From positions 1 through 64,000 of IMG/VR virus record IMGVR_UViG_3300020159_001932: a DNA stretch of 64,000 nt. The stretch is one strand, 5' to 3'. Positions 55,901-64,000 of this stretch are shown in pieces. The notes under the pieces are model-generated. The model saw only the letters and a program-made list of their open reading frames with translations. It searched no databases and was not told the DNA's origin. The position numbers and the translations under genes are program-made. The DNA is from a virus. How positions within the stretch are numbered: the stretch's first letter is position 1; the number at the start of each line of letters is the position of its first letter.

Positions 55901-58055
55901 ATACTAGTTCTCCAGTTGCACTGGCGTTATTACTGTCAACAAATGTTAAGAAATTTGTTCCGTTATCTGGTCTAGCCTGAGTATTAACTTGTGCTGAACT
56001 ACCAGAAGATGAATCTGCAAATGCGGCTCGTCCTACATACATACTGGCAGTTGTAGTCCAGGTAGGTGCTCCATTAAAGTTAGCCTGCAAGAAGTTACCT
56101 GCGGTAGCGGTACTAATAAATGCTGTTACGTTGGCTGCACTTTGATAAGGAAGTTGGCCGCCGACGCCTCCAAGTAGATCTTCTGCATACACCGCAGAAT
56201 TAACATACATGCTGCCAGTTGTAGTCCAGGTAGGTGCGCCATTAAAGTTGGCTTGTAAGAAGTTACCTGCGGTAGCCGTTGATACAAAGCCAGTTGCATT
56301 TGTTGCTGTTTGATATACAATTGCGCCGCCAGCACCGCCGGCTAAAGATCCAGAGAATAATGTTGCTGTAACTATGCCGCCTACAAATACGCCTCCACCT
56401 ACACCTAGGCCACCATTTTGAATCTGTAATGCTCCACTGGATGTACTTACTGTTGCAGAGTTACTTACTACCACTGTCTGATGGTTGGCGGCTGTTCTTA
56501 AGTTAATGTTTCCACCAAAGCCGCTGTATAAATCTAATGGGCCGTTGTTGCCAGCAACAAGACCAGAGGCGCCAGAAATACTAGGACTACTGTTAGCTCC
56601 ACCGGAGATAGAAATACTGCTTCCGTTTCTAGAAATAAGGCCGCCGGTGATAATTGTATCATTAGTTGCACCTGTGCCTGCTCTTAGTGCTACTGCGGTT
56701 GCTGTTGTTCCTACATATATTGAGCCACCAACTCCAATGCCACCGTTTACAATTTGCAATGCACCGGTTAAAGTAGAAAATGCCCGGTTGTTGCTAGTAA
56801 TAATAATGTTACCGTCGGCCTGTGTTAGTGTGCTTTGATATACTGGCGCACTAGCACCAGTACTCATCAAGAACTGACCAAATGTACCAGGTCCTGTAAA
56901 TGCAGTCACGCCTGGGCTAGTTTGGTATGGTAATTGACCAGCGGTGCCGCCTGCTAGGTTAGTAGCAGTTGTAGCAAGTCCAGCACTTAATCCACTAATT
57001 GCTGTCCATTGCGGTGCAGTTGCACCGGCGGTTAATACAAACCCGCTGGTACCTAAACCCAACATTGTTGTTGCACCTGAGGTAGTTTGATAAGGTATAC
57101 TGCCGGTGTTGCCGCCTACTATGTTCACAACAGTGGTCATCAGTGTTGATGTATTCAATGACCAGGTTTGGTTTGCACTTCCATTAAAAGATGCACCATA
57201 AAAACCTGTACCAGTTGACAAAGTTCCAATTGTTGAGTAGGAAGTTGCGGCATTAGTTGCTGTGTCAGCCAATGTTGCACGATTGACATAGATACTGCTT
57301 GTGTTTGTAAATACAGGTACTCCTCCAGCTGACATTAAAAGTTGGCCAGCGGTTCCGGTACTTAAAAATACTGTGGTATTGTTACCGCTTTGTACAAGAA
57401 TATTACCAGTTCCGTTGCCTGTAATATTACCTGTTAAATTTCCAATAAATGTTGTGGCGGTAATAACATTACTTACTCGTATACTTCCGCCAACTGTGAT
57501 GTCTTTTCCAAAGCCAGCGCCGCCGGCAATAATCAACGCACCTGTTGTGGTTGAATTTGATTGGGTACCATTTAAAGTCTGAATTATGTCATCAGTTTGT
57601 ACTAATGTTGTTGTAACAGTTGTTAGTTCAATGGTTAATTTGTTGGCAACAATGCTACCACCAACATATAAATCTCCACCAATTCCAACTCCGCCTGCAA
57701 CCTGTAATGCACCTGTATTAGTTGATGTTGCTATAGTAGTGCCTGACAGTGTTAAAGTATTTTGAAATGTTGGTACACCAGACGCACCGTAACTTACTAA
57801 TACATCACCTGTGGCACCAGGACCAAAAAAGTTTGTTATCCCGGGTGCAATTTGATAGGGGATCTGATTAATTGTACCACCGGCTAAGTTTGTCGATGTA
57901 CTACTTGCGCCTCCAATAATTGTGCCGCCCGGTGTTACACCATCATGTAATCTTAGTTGTTTTACAGAAGTATCTACTGTAATTTCACCAACAGCACCTG
58001 TATACGTATTATTTTGTGCTGACGTGCCTCTTTTCCATTGTACTTGTGTTGACAT
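49995..58055 (-). CDS. Giant tail fibre protein with C-terminal intramolecular chaperone (peptidase S74-like)
   Basis: N-terminal QWKRGT...GEITVDT...HDG.TPGG; many ATNLAGG..GQ.PYQ repeats; C-terminal SDRRLKEN...GL.A.EV..VLPEA...Y.KLVPLLIEAIKE. Confidence 0.88.
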   Translation of the reverse strand: MSTQVQWKRGTSAQNNTYTGAVGEITVDTSVKQLRLHDGVTPGGTIIGGASSTSTNLAGGTINQIPYQIAPGITNFFGPGATGDVLVSYGASGVPTFQNTLTLSGTTIATSTNTGALQVAGGVGIGGDLYVGGSIVANKLTIELTTVTTTLVQTDDIIQTLNGTQSNSTTTGALIIAGGAGFGKDITVGGSIRVSNVITATTFIGNLTGNITGNGTGNILVQSGNNTTVFLSTGTAGQLLMSAGGVPVFTNTSSIYVNRATLADTATNAATSYSTIGTLSTGTGFYGASFNGSANQTWSLNTSTLMTTVVNIVGGNTGSIPYQTTSGATTMLGLGTSGFVLTAGATAPQWTAISGLSAGLATTATNLAGGTAGQLPYQTSPGVTAFTGPGTFGQFLMSTGASAPVYQSTLTQADGNIIITSNNRAFSTLTGALQIVNGGIGVGGSIYVGTTATAVALRAGTGATNDTIITGGLISRNGSSISISGGANSSPSISGASGLVAGNNGPLDLYSGFGGNINLRTAANHQTVVVSNSATVSTSSGALQIQNGGLGVGGGVFVGGIVTATLFSGSLAGGAGGAIVYQTATNATGFVSTATAGNFLQANFNGAPTWTTTGSMYVNSAVYAEDLLGGVGGQLPYQSAANVTAFISTATAGNFLQANFNGAPTWTTTASMYVGRAAFADSSSGSSAQVNTQARPDNGTNFLTFVDSNNASATGELVYTTSSVYVNPSTGLVTGNSFHATNNGNGTNFRVGDDAWIGDINVSDTLRITGQQNTANAYIVFGASDTTALGRAGTGGLTYGGNLIIHAGNTSTAYVGNAVKVETSLQTANASYYPVFVDANNSTAVPESVYTTSTFLINPGTRQVGIGYISTSSALTVNGRIESMTDPAGEGGQLVLRGRTYRWSFDNYYDTFRIIREDDVTEANGTSPFQISSGTTSVLIGYTNAAPTVSGEKFGVSGGVYVNGILTATTIYGTFAGTIGGSVTINTATNLASGTAGQLVYQSAPGATSFVSTATTGNFLQANFTSAPTWTTSGTMYVGNAVQAETIKGGGNGSLLYQSAANTTSFLSTGTPGQLLMATVGAPAFTNTSSIYVNSSRFADELTGAGTGNIVVQVGTNDTQFLSTGTTGQLLVAAGGRPIFTNTSSISVGYAANILGVGTGGILYESANNTTSILSTGTPGQLLMAAVGAPAFTNTSSIYVNSSRYADNLTGGGVGSIPIQSAAGTTSFVPLGTSGFVLTAGATTATWQAVSTLAAGTATNIANGLANQLVYQTAPGTTGFISTSTTGNFLQATTNGAPSWTGTASMQVGYAANLLGAGTGNILIQSANNTTSFLSTGTAGQLLMSAGGAPVFINTASVYVGLAVTVDTVRQTTDQNYYPTMVGTLNAARSANFVYTTSSFRINAASGLMSLSGRLAVNNTDSSTGTNTDNSLYVAGGAWINKNLTVAGDTTFQGSVVFQGTNTFVYSSSTVYTDNLISLHAPGGSGPGNHTWTLDDGKDIGFMFHYYKTTDKDAFLGFDNATSYLEWFDNGVESGGVFTGTSFGTFRTGAIKLVGGAVNSGNTTSGDLTVLGGVGIGQDLYVAGNINVAGTINASITGISTTATNLAGGSGGTIPYQSATGVTAMLAQGSIGSVLITGTGGSAPSWASQSSLNVGNATNLNGGTTGQLVFQTGTAATSFVGPGTAGQLLVSAGASVTGPVFTSTSSIYVNSARFADELTGGAAGGLPYQSGANDTTFLAVGSAGNFLTVNSAGNAPQWSNTGTSLFGYAQNLAGGTAGQFVYQSAANTTAFIGTGSMYVNSARFADELTGGAAGSIPYQSGANDTTFLAIGTNGFVLTSNGSAPVWQAISGLSAGSATTATNLAAGTVGQIPFQTAAGATSFFGAGTAGQLLMSAGTTSTGPVFTNTSSIYVNSSRFADELTGGAVGGLPYQSGANDTTFLAVGSAGNFLTVNSAGTAPQWSSTATSLFGYSQNIAGGQAWQIPYQSAPSTTAFANSGTTGQFWQATTNGAPTWTNTSSMFVNSARFADELTGGAAGSIPYQSGANDTSFLGIGTNGFVLTSNGSAPTWAALSGLASGSATTATNLAGGTPFQIPYQTSPGVTSFASSGTTGQFWQASTNGAPTWTTTANIYVANAVVSTNLRGGTIGQLAVQTGASATGFVGPGTAGQLLVSAGAASPVYTSTSSIYVQDSVVSTNLRGGSAMAVPYQSSAGATAFVSAGTAGQVLQTNGTGSAPTWVTVSGLGAGSATTATQVNTVAQTSNAVYFPTFVDSNNATATGELVYTTSSFTINAQSGKLSVSGSNSSSAPLLDLTATGTGTFQRGVRLLNSGMSNGDHIMMAVGTADSSYNMGQFYFYKAGTGSTSNRVSMGLHSVDDVFNIVGTSHVGIGTTGPVNKLEVKGTFGGPLTSGSSQNGIARFSQTAGGGSLDIGFGDPYSWIQSRQSSDYSTNYRLALNPNGGNVCIGTTSTVNKFEVAGTAGQLFSISDTFTGTIFSANDVSGIPSIEVLDTGLVKLAQYNGQVTISTGTAVSGSGLSVWTSTYILSLGVGTSGSGTIGEIRATNEVTAYYSDRRLKENVQVIDNAVTKVLSLNGITYSPNDLAASYGYDKNVKLVGLFADEVEAVLPEATRPAPFDQDESGNSKSGENYKTIQYEKLVPLLIEAIKEQQKSIDLLKDELYQLKNRK
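51300..57900 (-). repeat. Degenerate ~55-aa intragenic repeats of the giant fibre
   Basis: Near-identical DNA at 56051 and 56219 (168-nt offset) and at 52191 and 52800 (609-nt offset); SARFADELTGG-type unit recurs. Confidence 0.85.
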
Positions 58056-58066
58056 ATATTATTCTC

Positions 58067-58663
58067 TTATTGTAGGGTACCCCAGTCGAAATAGATCGGT
58101 CCTGTTGGGTCATCAATTAATCCAAAATCTGCGGTAAGTCCTTGCATTCCTGGTATAAATGCTAGATATAATGATCCTGTAGAGGTTGTTGCAACACTAA
58201 TACCTACTTGTCCAATTACACTAGAAGTTGTCAATACGGTAGCACTGTTTACATTTAAGAACCATCCATCATAAACTAATCGGTTTGTTAATGTTGTTAG
58301 ACTTGGTGCTAGTTGATAAGGTACATATCCCGCCTCGCCACCAATTAAGTTTGTAGAAGTAGATGCAGTTCCTGCATTTGTGCCAATTAAAACGCCATTT
58401 GAATAAATGTTTCGGGCATATAGGTCGCCCTGTATTCCGGCTCCACCAACTACTTGAAGAGCCCCGGAAGTTGTATTTGTTGCGCTAGTTGTACTGCCAA
58501 CATTAATTGTGCCGCCAACCCAAACGTCCTTGGCAATACCTACGCCGCCAGAAAGAATAACACCACCTGTTGTGGTACTAGTTGAAGTAACAGTCGATAA
58601 AAATGACGCAGTGGTATTAACCACCAGGCCGTTTTTGACTTTGAAGTCGGCTTGATTTGACAT
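58067..58663 (-). CDS. Fibre-associated protein
   Basis: DFKVKNGL start, GALQVVGG.GI repeats, one STNL.GG..G.VPYQ unit. Confidence 0.75.
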   Translation of the reverse strand: MSNQADFKVKNGLVVNTTASFLSTVTSTSTTTGGVILSGGVGIAKDVWVGGTINVGSTTSATNTTSGALQVVGGAGIQGDLYARNIYSNGVLIGTNAGTASTSTNLIGGEAGYVPYQLAPSLTTLTNRLVYDGWFLNVNSATVLTTSSVIGQVGISVATTSTGSLYLAFIPGMQGLTADFGLIDDPTGPIYFDWGTLQ

Positions 58664-58743
58664 TGCCCTTTAGTTTCCCTTTCCACCAATTGGCTGATTT
58701 GTAGTGTTATTTATGTATTTTAAATTTTTTGGAAATTTTAAAT

Positions 58744-58774
58744 AAAAAAATAGGACCCATTGGGTCCTATTTTT
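58744..58774. terminator. Intrinsic terminator
   Basis: A-tract-TAGGACCCA-T-TGGGTCCTA-T-tract; TAAATA follows on minus at 58713-58708. Confidence 0.85.
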
Positions 58775-58792
58775 AAACACAGTACTACTATG

Positions 58793-61700
58793 TTACAAGG
58801 TTATAGCAGTTCTCATTGTTTTTACAGTCATATTAGTAGGAGTATAACTTGCAGTAAAATTCAAAGTTACTATTCCGGCAGCTAACGTAGCGTCAAACGT
58901 TCCTAATTCTCCTTGACTTGTAAGAACAGCATATTCTGTCATATATACACTGGTACCGTCGTGAAATAATAATATTTCTTCCACATGTATTTTTGTACCA
59001 TCAACAATTTGTATAACATATTTGCATGTTCTGTAAGAAGTTGAACTAAATGTATCTAAATTAATTAGAGAATTGGTAGTAATAAACCCACTGGTATAAC
59101 TAGATATTAGGTAGTTGTTGCTATACAGTGAATTAACTGTAGTTGCCGAGCTGGCGCTACCAACCGTAAGTGTTGTTCCAATTGTAGCAGCTTTGGCAAC
59201 CCCAATACCACCACTGATAATAACTGCACCGTTGTTAGTTGCATTACTATCTGTTACATTTTGAAAATATGCTATGCCTGCAGACGAAACTGTTAAATTT
59301 CCGCCAACACCGACTGCACCTGTACCAGGATTAATTGTTAATGACGATGTAGTAAACACTGTCATTGAATTTGCAGTTGCATTATTTGCGTTTACAAATG
59401 TCGGGAAATAAGTTCCGCTAGCAGGTTGTGCTACAGTGTCAAGTTTTGATGCAGTTCCTGTAAGTGTACCCTGGAAGTTACCAATAAATGTTTGTGCGGT
59501 AATGGTGCCGCCAATGGTGGCAGTTGTACCAACATACAAATCTTTGGCAATTCCTACTCCACCCGTTGTTTGTATTGCGCCAGCAGTTGCAGATCCTAGA
59601 GATGGAGTTGTAGTATTGTGATAGGTTATTCCAGCAATAGTGGCAGTTGTACCAACATACAAATCTTTGGCAATTCCTACACCACCAAATACTTGTACTG
59701 ATGCAATGCCTGCTACTCCCAACGCTGGACTTGTATTGGTTGTAGTTGTAATACCTCCTACAACTAAGCCGCCGCCTATACCAACTCCGCCAAATGGTAC
59801 AATTAATGCTCCAGTTCCTGTCGTTGCAACGGCTGTACTATTTGTTACAGTCATTGCAGTAACAGAAGCGCCGCCATTAAGTCCTGAATAACCGGTTACA
59901 TTTAATGTGTTAGTTACAGTGGCCGCACTTATTGTAGCACCACCATTTAATGAAGTATAGCCGGTTACATTTAATGTATTTGTTACCGTGGCTGCACTTA
60001 TTGTAGCACCACCATTTAATGAAGTATAGCCAGTTACCCCTAACGTAGTTCCTACTGTTACTTCGTTGGTTACCGTTAAAGCATTTGCTGTGGCACCACC
60101 GTTTATTGAAGTATACCCAGTATGTTGTGTATTTCCACTTACAAGTAAATTATTTGTTACAGTGGCCGCACTTATTGTAGCACCACCATTTAATGAAGTA
60201 TAACCAGTTACATTCAATGTGGTTGTTACTGTAGCGGCACTGATTGTAGCACCGCCATTAAGACCTGAATAACCAGTTACATTTAATGTATTTGTTACCG
60301 TGGCTGCACTTATTGTAGCACCACCATTAAGACCTGAATAACCAGTTACATTTAATGTATTTGTTACCGTGGCTGCACTTATTGTAGTACCGCCATTTAA
60401 TGAAGTATAGCCGGTAACTGTTAATGATGTACCAAGACTAGTCGCACCTGCAATAGTAGCAGTTGTACCTACATAAATGTCTTTGGTAATGCCTAGACCG
60501 CCTCTAACTTGTAAGGCAGCAGTTCCGGCCGCACCTAACGCCGGTGTTGCATTTGTAACTGTTGTTATACCTGCAAATGTTGAACCATCACTTACCGTTA
60601 AACTTGTGCCAGTGCCTTCAACTATCAAATAATCAAATGTGCCTGTGCTACCTGTTATTTGATCAAGACCAACACCTTTTAAAAATAATGACCCTTGTAA
60701 GTTAATGTCTCCACCGACCCACAAATCATTATTGATTGCTGCGCCGCCAGCAACTTGTAGTGCGCCGGTGCCGTTATTATATCCTGTAGAATTTCCAGTG
60801 CCACTTACTACTACATTTGTAGTCGTAAACGTAGTTCCGTTAAATCGTAGCCCTGCATTGAATACTGTTTGCCCAGGCCCGCTTTGATAAGGAATTTGAT
60901 CCTTTTGGCCGCCAGCAATGTTTGTTGCGGTTGTAGCATTACCAGCTGACAATCCAGATACTGCACTCCATACTGGGTTTCCGCCAGTTACCGTTAAAAT
61001 TTGTCCGTTAGTGCCAATCGGTAATGTAGTTGATTGGCTTTCTCCTAATTGGTAAATTAAACTGCCACTAGCGCCACCTTGTATATTAGTAGCCGTGTTA
61101 GCACGATCTATAGTTCCAACTAGTCGCTGTGTTGCATCATTCCAGGTAACCGGTGTGTTTTGTAACTTGTTATTAATACTATAAACAATACCGCTGGCCG
61201 TAGTTAAGTTTGTAGCATTTAATGTGTCGGCCCAAACTGCCCCGCCAATGCCGGCACCGCCATTTAAAATCTGTAATGACCCAGATAATGTATTAGTTGC
61301 TGCAAATCCGCCATCAAGTCCTACTTTACCTGTTCTAAATGTACCATAGGTAGCAGTACTAAAATCGCCGTTGGTAGCCTCTGCACCAGAACTATACCAA
61401 TGTAATTCTTTGCTGGCATTGTCAAGTACCAATGCTGCATTAGTATCTGTGCTATTTGTATAATAGTGGAATCTAAATCCAATATCTTTGCCGTCATCAA
61501 CAAACCAGTCAGAATAAACTCCACCAGGCGGAGTATGTATTTCTAAAATATTATCAGTGTAATAAGTATTAGTACTTAAAACATAGGTAGCCGTACCGTT
61601 GAATGTAACAATGTCTTTGAATAATACCGGACCTGCTACAGTTAATCCTTGATCTGCATAGATACCACCTGGTGTATAAATTGCGTTGGCTGTATTGGTT

Positions 61701-62227
61701 GCGGTATTGTATGCTGTACTTTTAACAATTAAATTATCACCAACAACAGTTCCACCTGCAATTACTAAGGCACCAGTATTGCCAACAAAATTTCCAGTTG
61801 TGGTATTTGTAATATTAGTTACACCGGCAACAGTTAAAGTTCCACCTAAATTAGTTGCACCTGTATCAACAGTTAAAATATTTGTACCTGTAACAAATAA
61901 GGCTCCACTAAAAGTGTTTACAGCACCAGTGAATAGTGTTTGTCCTTGAAATAAACTAGCACCGGTTACCTGTAAAGAGGTAGCAGTAGTTATTTGAGCA
62001 TTAAGTCCTGCTAAAGTTGTTAATCCATTAACGGTTAACGAACCGTGATTAGTCTGTGCCCCCCAGACAGTAGCAGTTGTACCTACTATTAAGTTTTTAG
62101 CAATTGCGGCACCGCCGTTGACCTGTAAAGTAGACGTTTGTCCTGTTGATGATGATACAAACGCTGTTCCTTCTGTCAGCGCACCAGACCTAACTACGAA
62201 GTCTTTGGTTATTGATGTTAGTGCCAT
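58793..62227 (-). CDS. Tail fibre protein with 23-aa tandem repeats
   Basis: 1144 aa, Gly/Thr-rich; DDGKDIGF domain shared with the giant fibre; C-terminal YR..KY.IQI...TEYA domain. Confidence 0.82.
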   Translation of the reverse strand: MALTSITKDFVVRSGALTEGTAFVSSSTGQTSTLQVNGGAAIAKNLIVGTTATVWGAQTNHGSLTVNGLTTLAGLNAQITTATSLQVTGASLFQGQTLFTGAVNTFSGALFVTGTNILTVDTGATNLGGTLTVAGVTNITNTTTGNFVGNTGALVIAGGTVVGDNLIVKSTAYNTATNTANAIYTPGGIYADQGLTVAGPVLFKDIVTFNGTATYVLSTNTYYTDNILEIHTPPGGVYSDWFVDDGKDIGFRFHYYTNSTDTNAALVLDNASKELHWYSSGAEATNGDFSTATYGTFRTGKVGLDGGFAATNTLSGSLQILNGGAGIGGAVWADTLNATNLTTASGIVYSINNKLQNTPVTWNDATQRLVGTIDRANTATNIQGGASGSLIYQLGESQSTTLPIGTNGQILTVTGGNPVWSAVSGLSAGNATTATNIAGGQKDQIPYQSGPGQTVFNAGLRFNGTTFTTTNVVVSGTGNSTGYNNGTGALQVAGGAAINNDLWVGGDINLQGSLFLKGVGLDQITGSTGTFDYLIVEGTGTSLTVSDGSTFAGITTVTNATPALGAAGTAALQVRGGLGITKDIYVGTTATIAGATSLGTSLTVTGYTSLNGGTTISAATVTNTLNVTGYSGLNGGATISAATVTNTLNVTGYSGLNGGATISAATVTTTLNVTGYTSLNGGATISAATVTNNLLVSGNTQHTGYTSINGGATANALTVTNEVTVGTTLGVTGYTSLNGGATISAATVTNTLNVTGYTSLNGGATISAATVTNTLNVTGYSGLNGGASVTAMTVTNSTAVATTGTGALIVPFGGVGIGGGLVVGGITTTTNTSPALGVAGIASVQVFGGVGIAKDLYVGTTATIAGITYHNTTTPSLGSATAGAIQTTGGVGIAKDLYVGTTATIGGTITAQTFIGNFQGTLTGTASKLDTVAQPASGTYFPTFVNANNATANSMTVFTTSSLTINPGTGAVGVGGNLTVSSAGIAYFQNVTDSNATNNGAVIISGGIGVAKAATIGTTLTVGSASSATTVNSLYSNNYLISSYTSGFITTNSLINLDTFSSTSYRTCKYVIQIVDGTKIHVEEILLFHDGTSVYMTEYAVLTSQGELGTFDATLAAGIVTLNFTASYTPTNMTVKTMRTAITL
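59850..60420 (-). repeat. 69-nt tandem repeat (GY(T/S)(S/G)LNGGATISAATVTNTLNVT), about 8 units
   Basis: AGACCTGAATAACCAGTTACATTTAATG recurs at 60261 and 60330; two units carry 6-aa insertions. Confidence 0.9.
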
Positions 62228-62244
62228 TTAAGTGTTTTCCTGTT

Positions 62245-63444
62245 TTATGCTCGCATTGTTGTTCTGAAAATTTGAAGTGTCATAGTACTATTGTAATAAG
62301 GTGTAAAATATAATCTCGCTATATCGTCTCCTTGTACATCGGCTGCAAATTCTCCTAATTCTCCGTTACTTGAAAGTACAGCATATTCTGTAGCGTAAAT
62401 AGTTTGAGCATTGTCTACCATTAACAGTATTTCAATAGTTTCAAACTGTGCCCCAGGTCCTGTACCTTCTTGTATTTGTATCAGATACTTTGCTGATCTA
62501 TAATCATCAACAGAGTAAGCGTCTACTACAATCGTTGCCGTGGTATTTACCAAAATTTTGGAAGAATCCATGATAGCATCTGCTATCTGAACACTTTCAG
62601 AATTAATTCTACCACCAACTCCTAGTCCTCCAGTAATAATTACTGCTCCTGTACTACTAGATGTAGAACTAGTTGTGTTTGTAAAATAAACTACGTGGTT
62701 TGTACTGCTTCCTCTACCTGTTACACTTTGTAAAGTAGAAGTATTTGAAATAATAATTGATACTGTACCGGTAATAAGCCCTTGTGTGGCAGTAACACTA
62801 ATATCAGGACCTGCTATAAAAGAATCTACAAGCGTTGATGTAGTAATTACAGGGATACCCGCACTATAAATTGTTCCACCTAGCCACAAATCTTGACCAA
62901 TACTTACCCCACCGTTAACAATCAAAGCACCGGTTCCTAGACCAGTTGCAGTAGTATTATTTGAAATATATATTGCATTGGTTGTAGAATTTCCATTATC
63001 TGTAACTGTTTGTAAAGTAGCAGTATTCCAGATTGTTACTGTTTGTAGACTACCTACAGTTGATGTTGTAATTGCTGTACCGGTGCCAGCAATAAAAATT
63101 GGAGGCGTGATATACTGAGCCAAGGTAGCAGTTGTAATTATTATAGCATTGTTGATTGTAGAAGTGTCTGAGACATAAAGAGCTCCGCCAATCCAAACAT
63201 CTTTTCCAAATCCTGCTCCTCCAACTACTTGCAATGCTCCAGTTACGGTAGATATTGCGTTTGTGCTTGAAGTGACTACTATAGAATTTGTAGCTGTTAA
63301 ATTCTTTAGTGTAAGGTTTTCTAGCTCGGAGGTCTCTGAGACTTTAATCCACGCATAACCAGTCCATTGATAGGTTGTTGTACCTACTGTAAAGTTGGTT
63401 CCTGTATTTGTACCTTGTGGGTAAATTGGAAAAATTGATGCCAT
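62245..63444 (-). CDS. Fibre-associated protein
   Basis: Y.W.G..W N-terminus, TLQ.VT..G.ST repeats, GAL.V.GG, C-terminal YRSAKYLIQI..TEYA domain. Confidence 0.8.
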   Translation of the reverse strand: MASIFPIYPQGTNTGTNFTVGTTTYQWTGYAWIKVSETSELENLTLKNLTATNSIVVTSSTNAISTVTGALQVVGGAGFGKDVWIGGALYVSDTSTINNAIIITTATLAQYITPPIFIAGTGTAITTSTVGSLQTVTIWNTATLQTVTDNGNSTTNAIYISNNTTATGLGTGALIVNGGVSIGQDLWLGGTIYSAGIPVITTSTLVDSFIAGPDISVTATQGLITGTVSIIISNTSTLQSVTGRGSSTNHVVYFTNTTSSTSSSTGAVIITGGLGVGGRINSESVQIADAIMDSSKILVNTTATIVVDAYSVDDYRSAKYLIQIQEGTGPGAQFETIEILLMVDNAQTIYATEYAVLSSNGELGEFAADVQGDDIARLYFTPYYNSTMTLQIFRTTMRA

Positions 63445-63453
63445 ATTCTACTC

Positions 63454-63999
63454 TTATAATCCTGTAAATTGAACCCAGACTTTATTTGTGCCATCTAATA
63501 TATATTGGAATGTGGCTCCTTGACTTGGATCTATCCAAAAGTCCCCTAATCTTGGACTCACAGGAGGAGTTCCAATTTGAAGGGTTGACCTTGGGGTATA
63601 TAATAAATTACTTTCTTCGGCAATACCTTCGCGACTATAAATGCTTTGGCTTGCTGTTATTGTTTGTACAAATAATTCTTTATAATTTGAGCTATAATAA
63701 AAATCAGGATCTTCAACAAGATCGCTGTAACTATTAGTTGACGTGCTCAAAATAATATAGTGGTTTGCATTTGTTGCTGAACTAACAAATACTTTACTAG
63801 AATAAGTCGAAGTAGTTACTGCAACATCGGCAAAATTTGCCCATGTGGCCGTACTACCATTTGATACTAGAACTGTATTTGTATTTCCTATGTCAATAAA
63901 TGCTGTTTGGTTTGCCGATGTTTGATAAGGTATACTACCTAATTTTCCTTTTTCAATATTGGTTGCTGTAGTAGCAAGTCCTATAAAATTATTAGCATA
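63454..63999 (-). CDS. 3' part of a fibre-like protein (5' end outside window)
   Basis: The frame of track ORF 63454..63750 stays open to the window edge (YANNFIGLATTATNIEKGKLGSIPYQTSANQ...); ends with P..P..GDFWID...WVQ. Confidence 0.75.
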   Translation of the reverse strand, partial: YANNFIGLATTATNIEKGKLGSIPYQTSANQTAFIDIGNTNTVLVSNGSTATWANFADVAVTTSTYSSKVFVSSATNANHYIILSTSTNSYSDLVEDPDFYYSSNYKELFVQTITASQSIYSREGIAEESNLLYTPRSTLQIGTPPVSPRLGDFWIDPSQGATFQYILDGTNKVWVQFTGL

Positions 64000-64000
64000 G

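Noticed and set aside
59850-60420. Regularly spaced repeats as a CRISPR array
   Set aside because: The units are contiguous in-frame 69-nt coding repeats with no unique spacers and no cas genes.
50476-61949. Numerous plus-strand ORFs antisense to the fibre genes
   Set aside because: These are shadow ORFs caused by Gly/Thr/Ala codon bias on the coding strand; they have no independent signals.
63454-63750. 98-aa stand-alone ORF from the track
   Set aside because: The frame stays open to the window edge, so it is the 3' end of a longer fibre-like gene.
1-64000. Stop-codon reassignment as seen in some large phages
   Set aside because: Core genes are full length in code 11, and TAA, TAG and TGA all end genes at sensible positions.
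1-64000. Prophage or host chromosomal DNA, given hld, acpS and yqgE
   Set aside because: These genes are interleaved with, overlap or share promoter motifs with phage genes. No integrase, att site or host housekeeping synteny is seen.

Overview
This is a 64-kb segment of a large, probably jumbo, T4-related myophage genome read in the standard genetic code. I found no host-chromosome markers, integrase, tRNA or CRISPR array. Left to right: (1) 1-2350 is a GC-richer early region with three near-identical sigma70-type promoters, an AAA ATPase and a GcrA-like Zn-finger gene. (2) 2350-2650 is a non-coding block with G-runs, phased A-tracts and a hairpin at the composition boundary. (3) 2650-7850 holds accessory genes: lipoprotein, SGNH-like protein, glycosyltransferase, mini-AcpS, MCD/GNAT-like protein, 5'(3')-nucleotidase, Pol-beta nucleotidyltransferase and YqgE/AlgH. 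(4) 7850-23030 is replication/recombination: gp41 helicase, gp61 primase, a ~192-aa miniature DnaE-like polymerase overlapping an NDP-heptose cassette (hldA/hldC/hldD plus a cupin), gp62-like, UvsW, UvsY, UvsX and gp32. (5) 23160-41300 is morphogenesis: terminase, gp4, tube, sheath, neck gp13/14/15, plus dNMP kinase, a methyltransferase and a Nudix enzyme. (6) 41300-64000 is an adhesion module of six tandem LamG lectin paralogs, two Cys-rich small proteins and several Gly/Thr/Ser-rich repeat fibre proteins. The main leads are the mini-DnaE/heptose cassette, a pervasive TAAATA-N4-8-ATG arrangement implying leaderless late mRNAs, and head-associated proteins that look like xxE-delimited polyproteins with a shared KL(A/S)GL tag. 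All product calls come from motif recognition by eye; no database searches were run.
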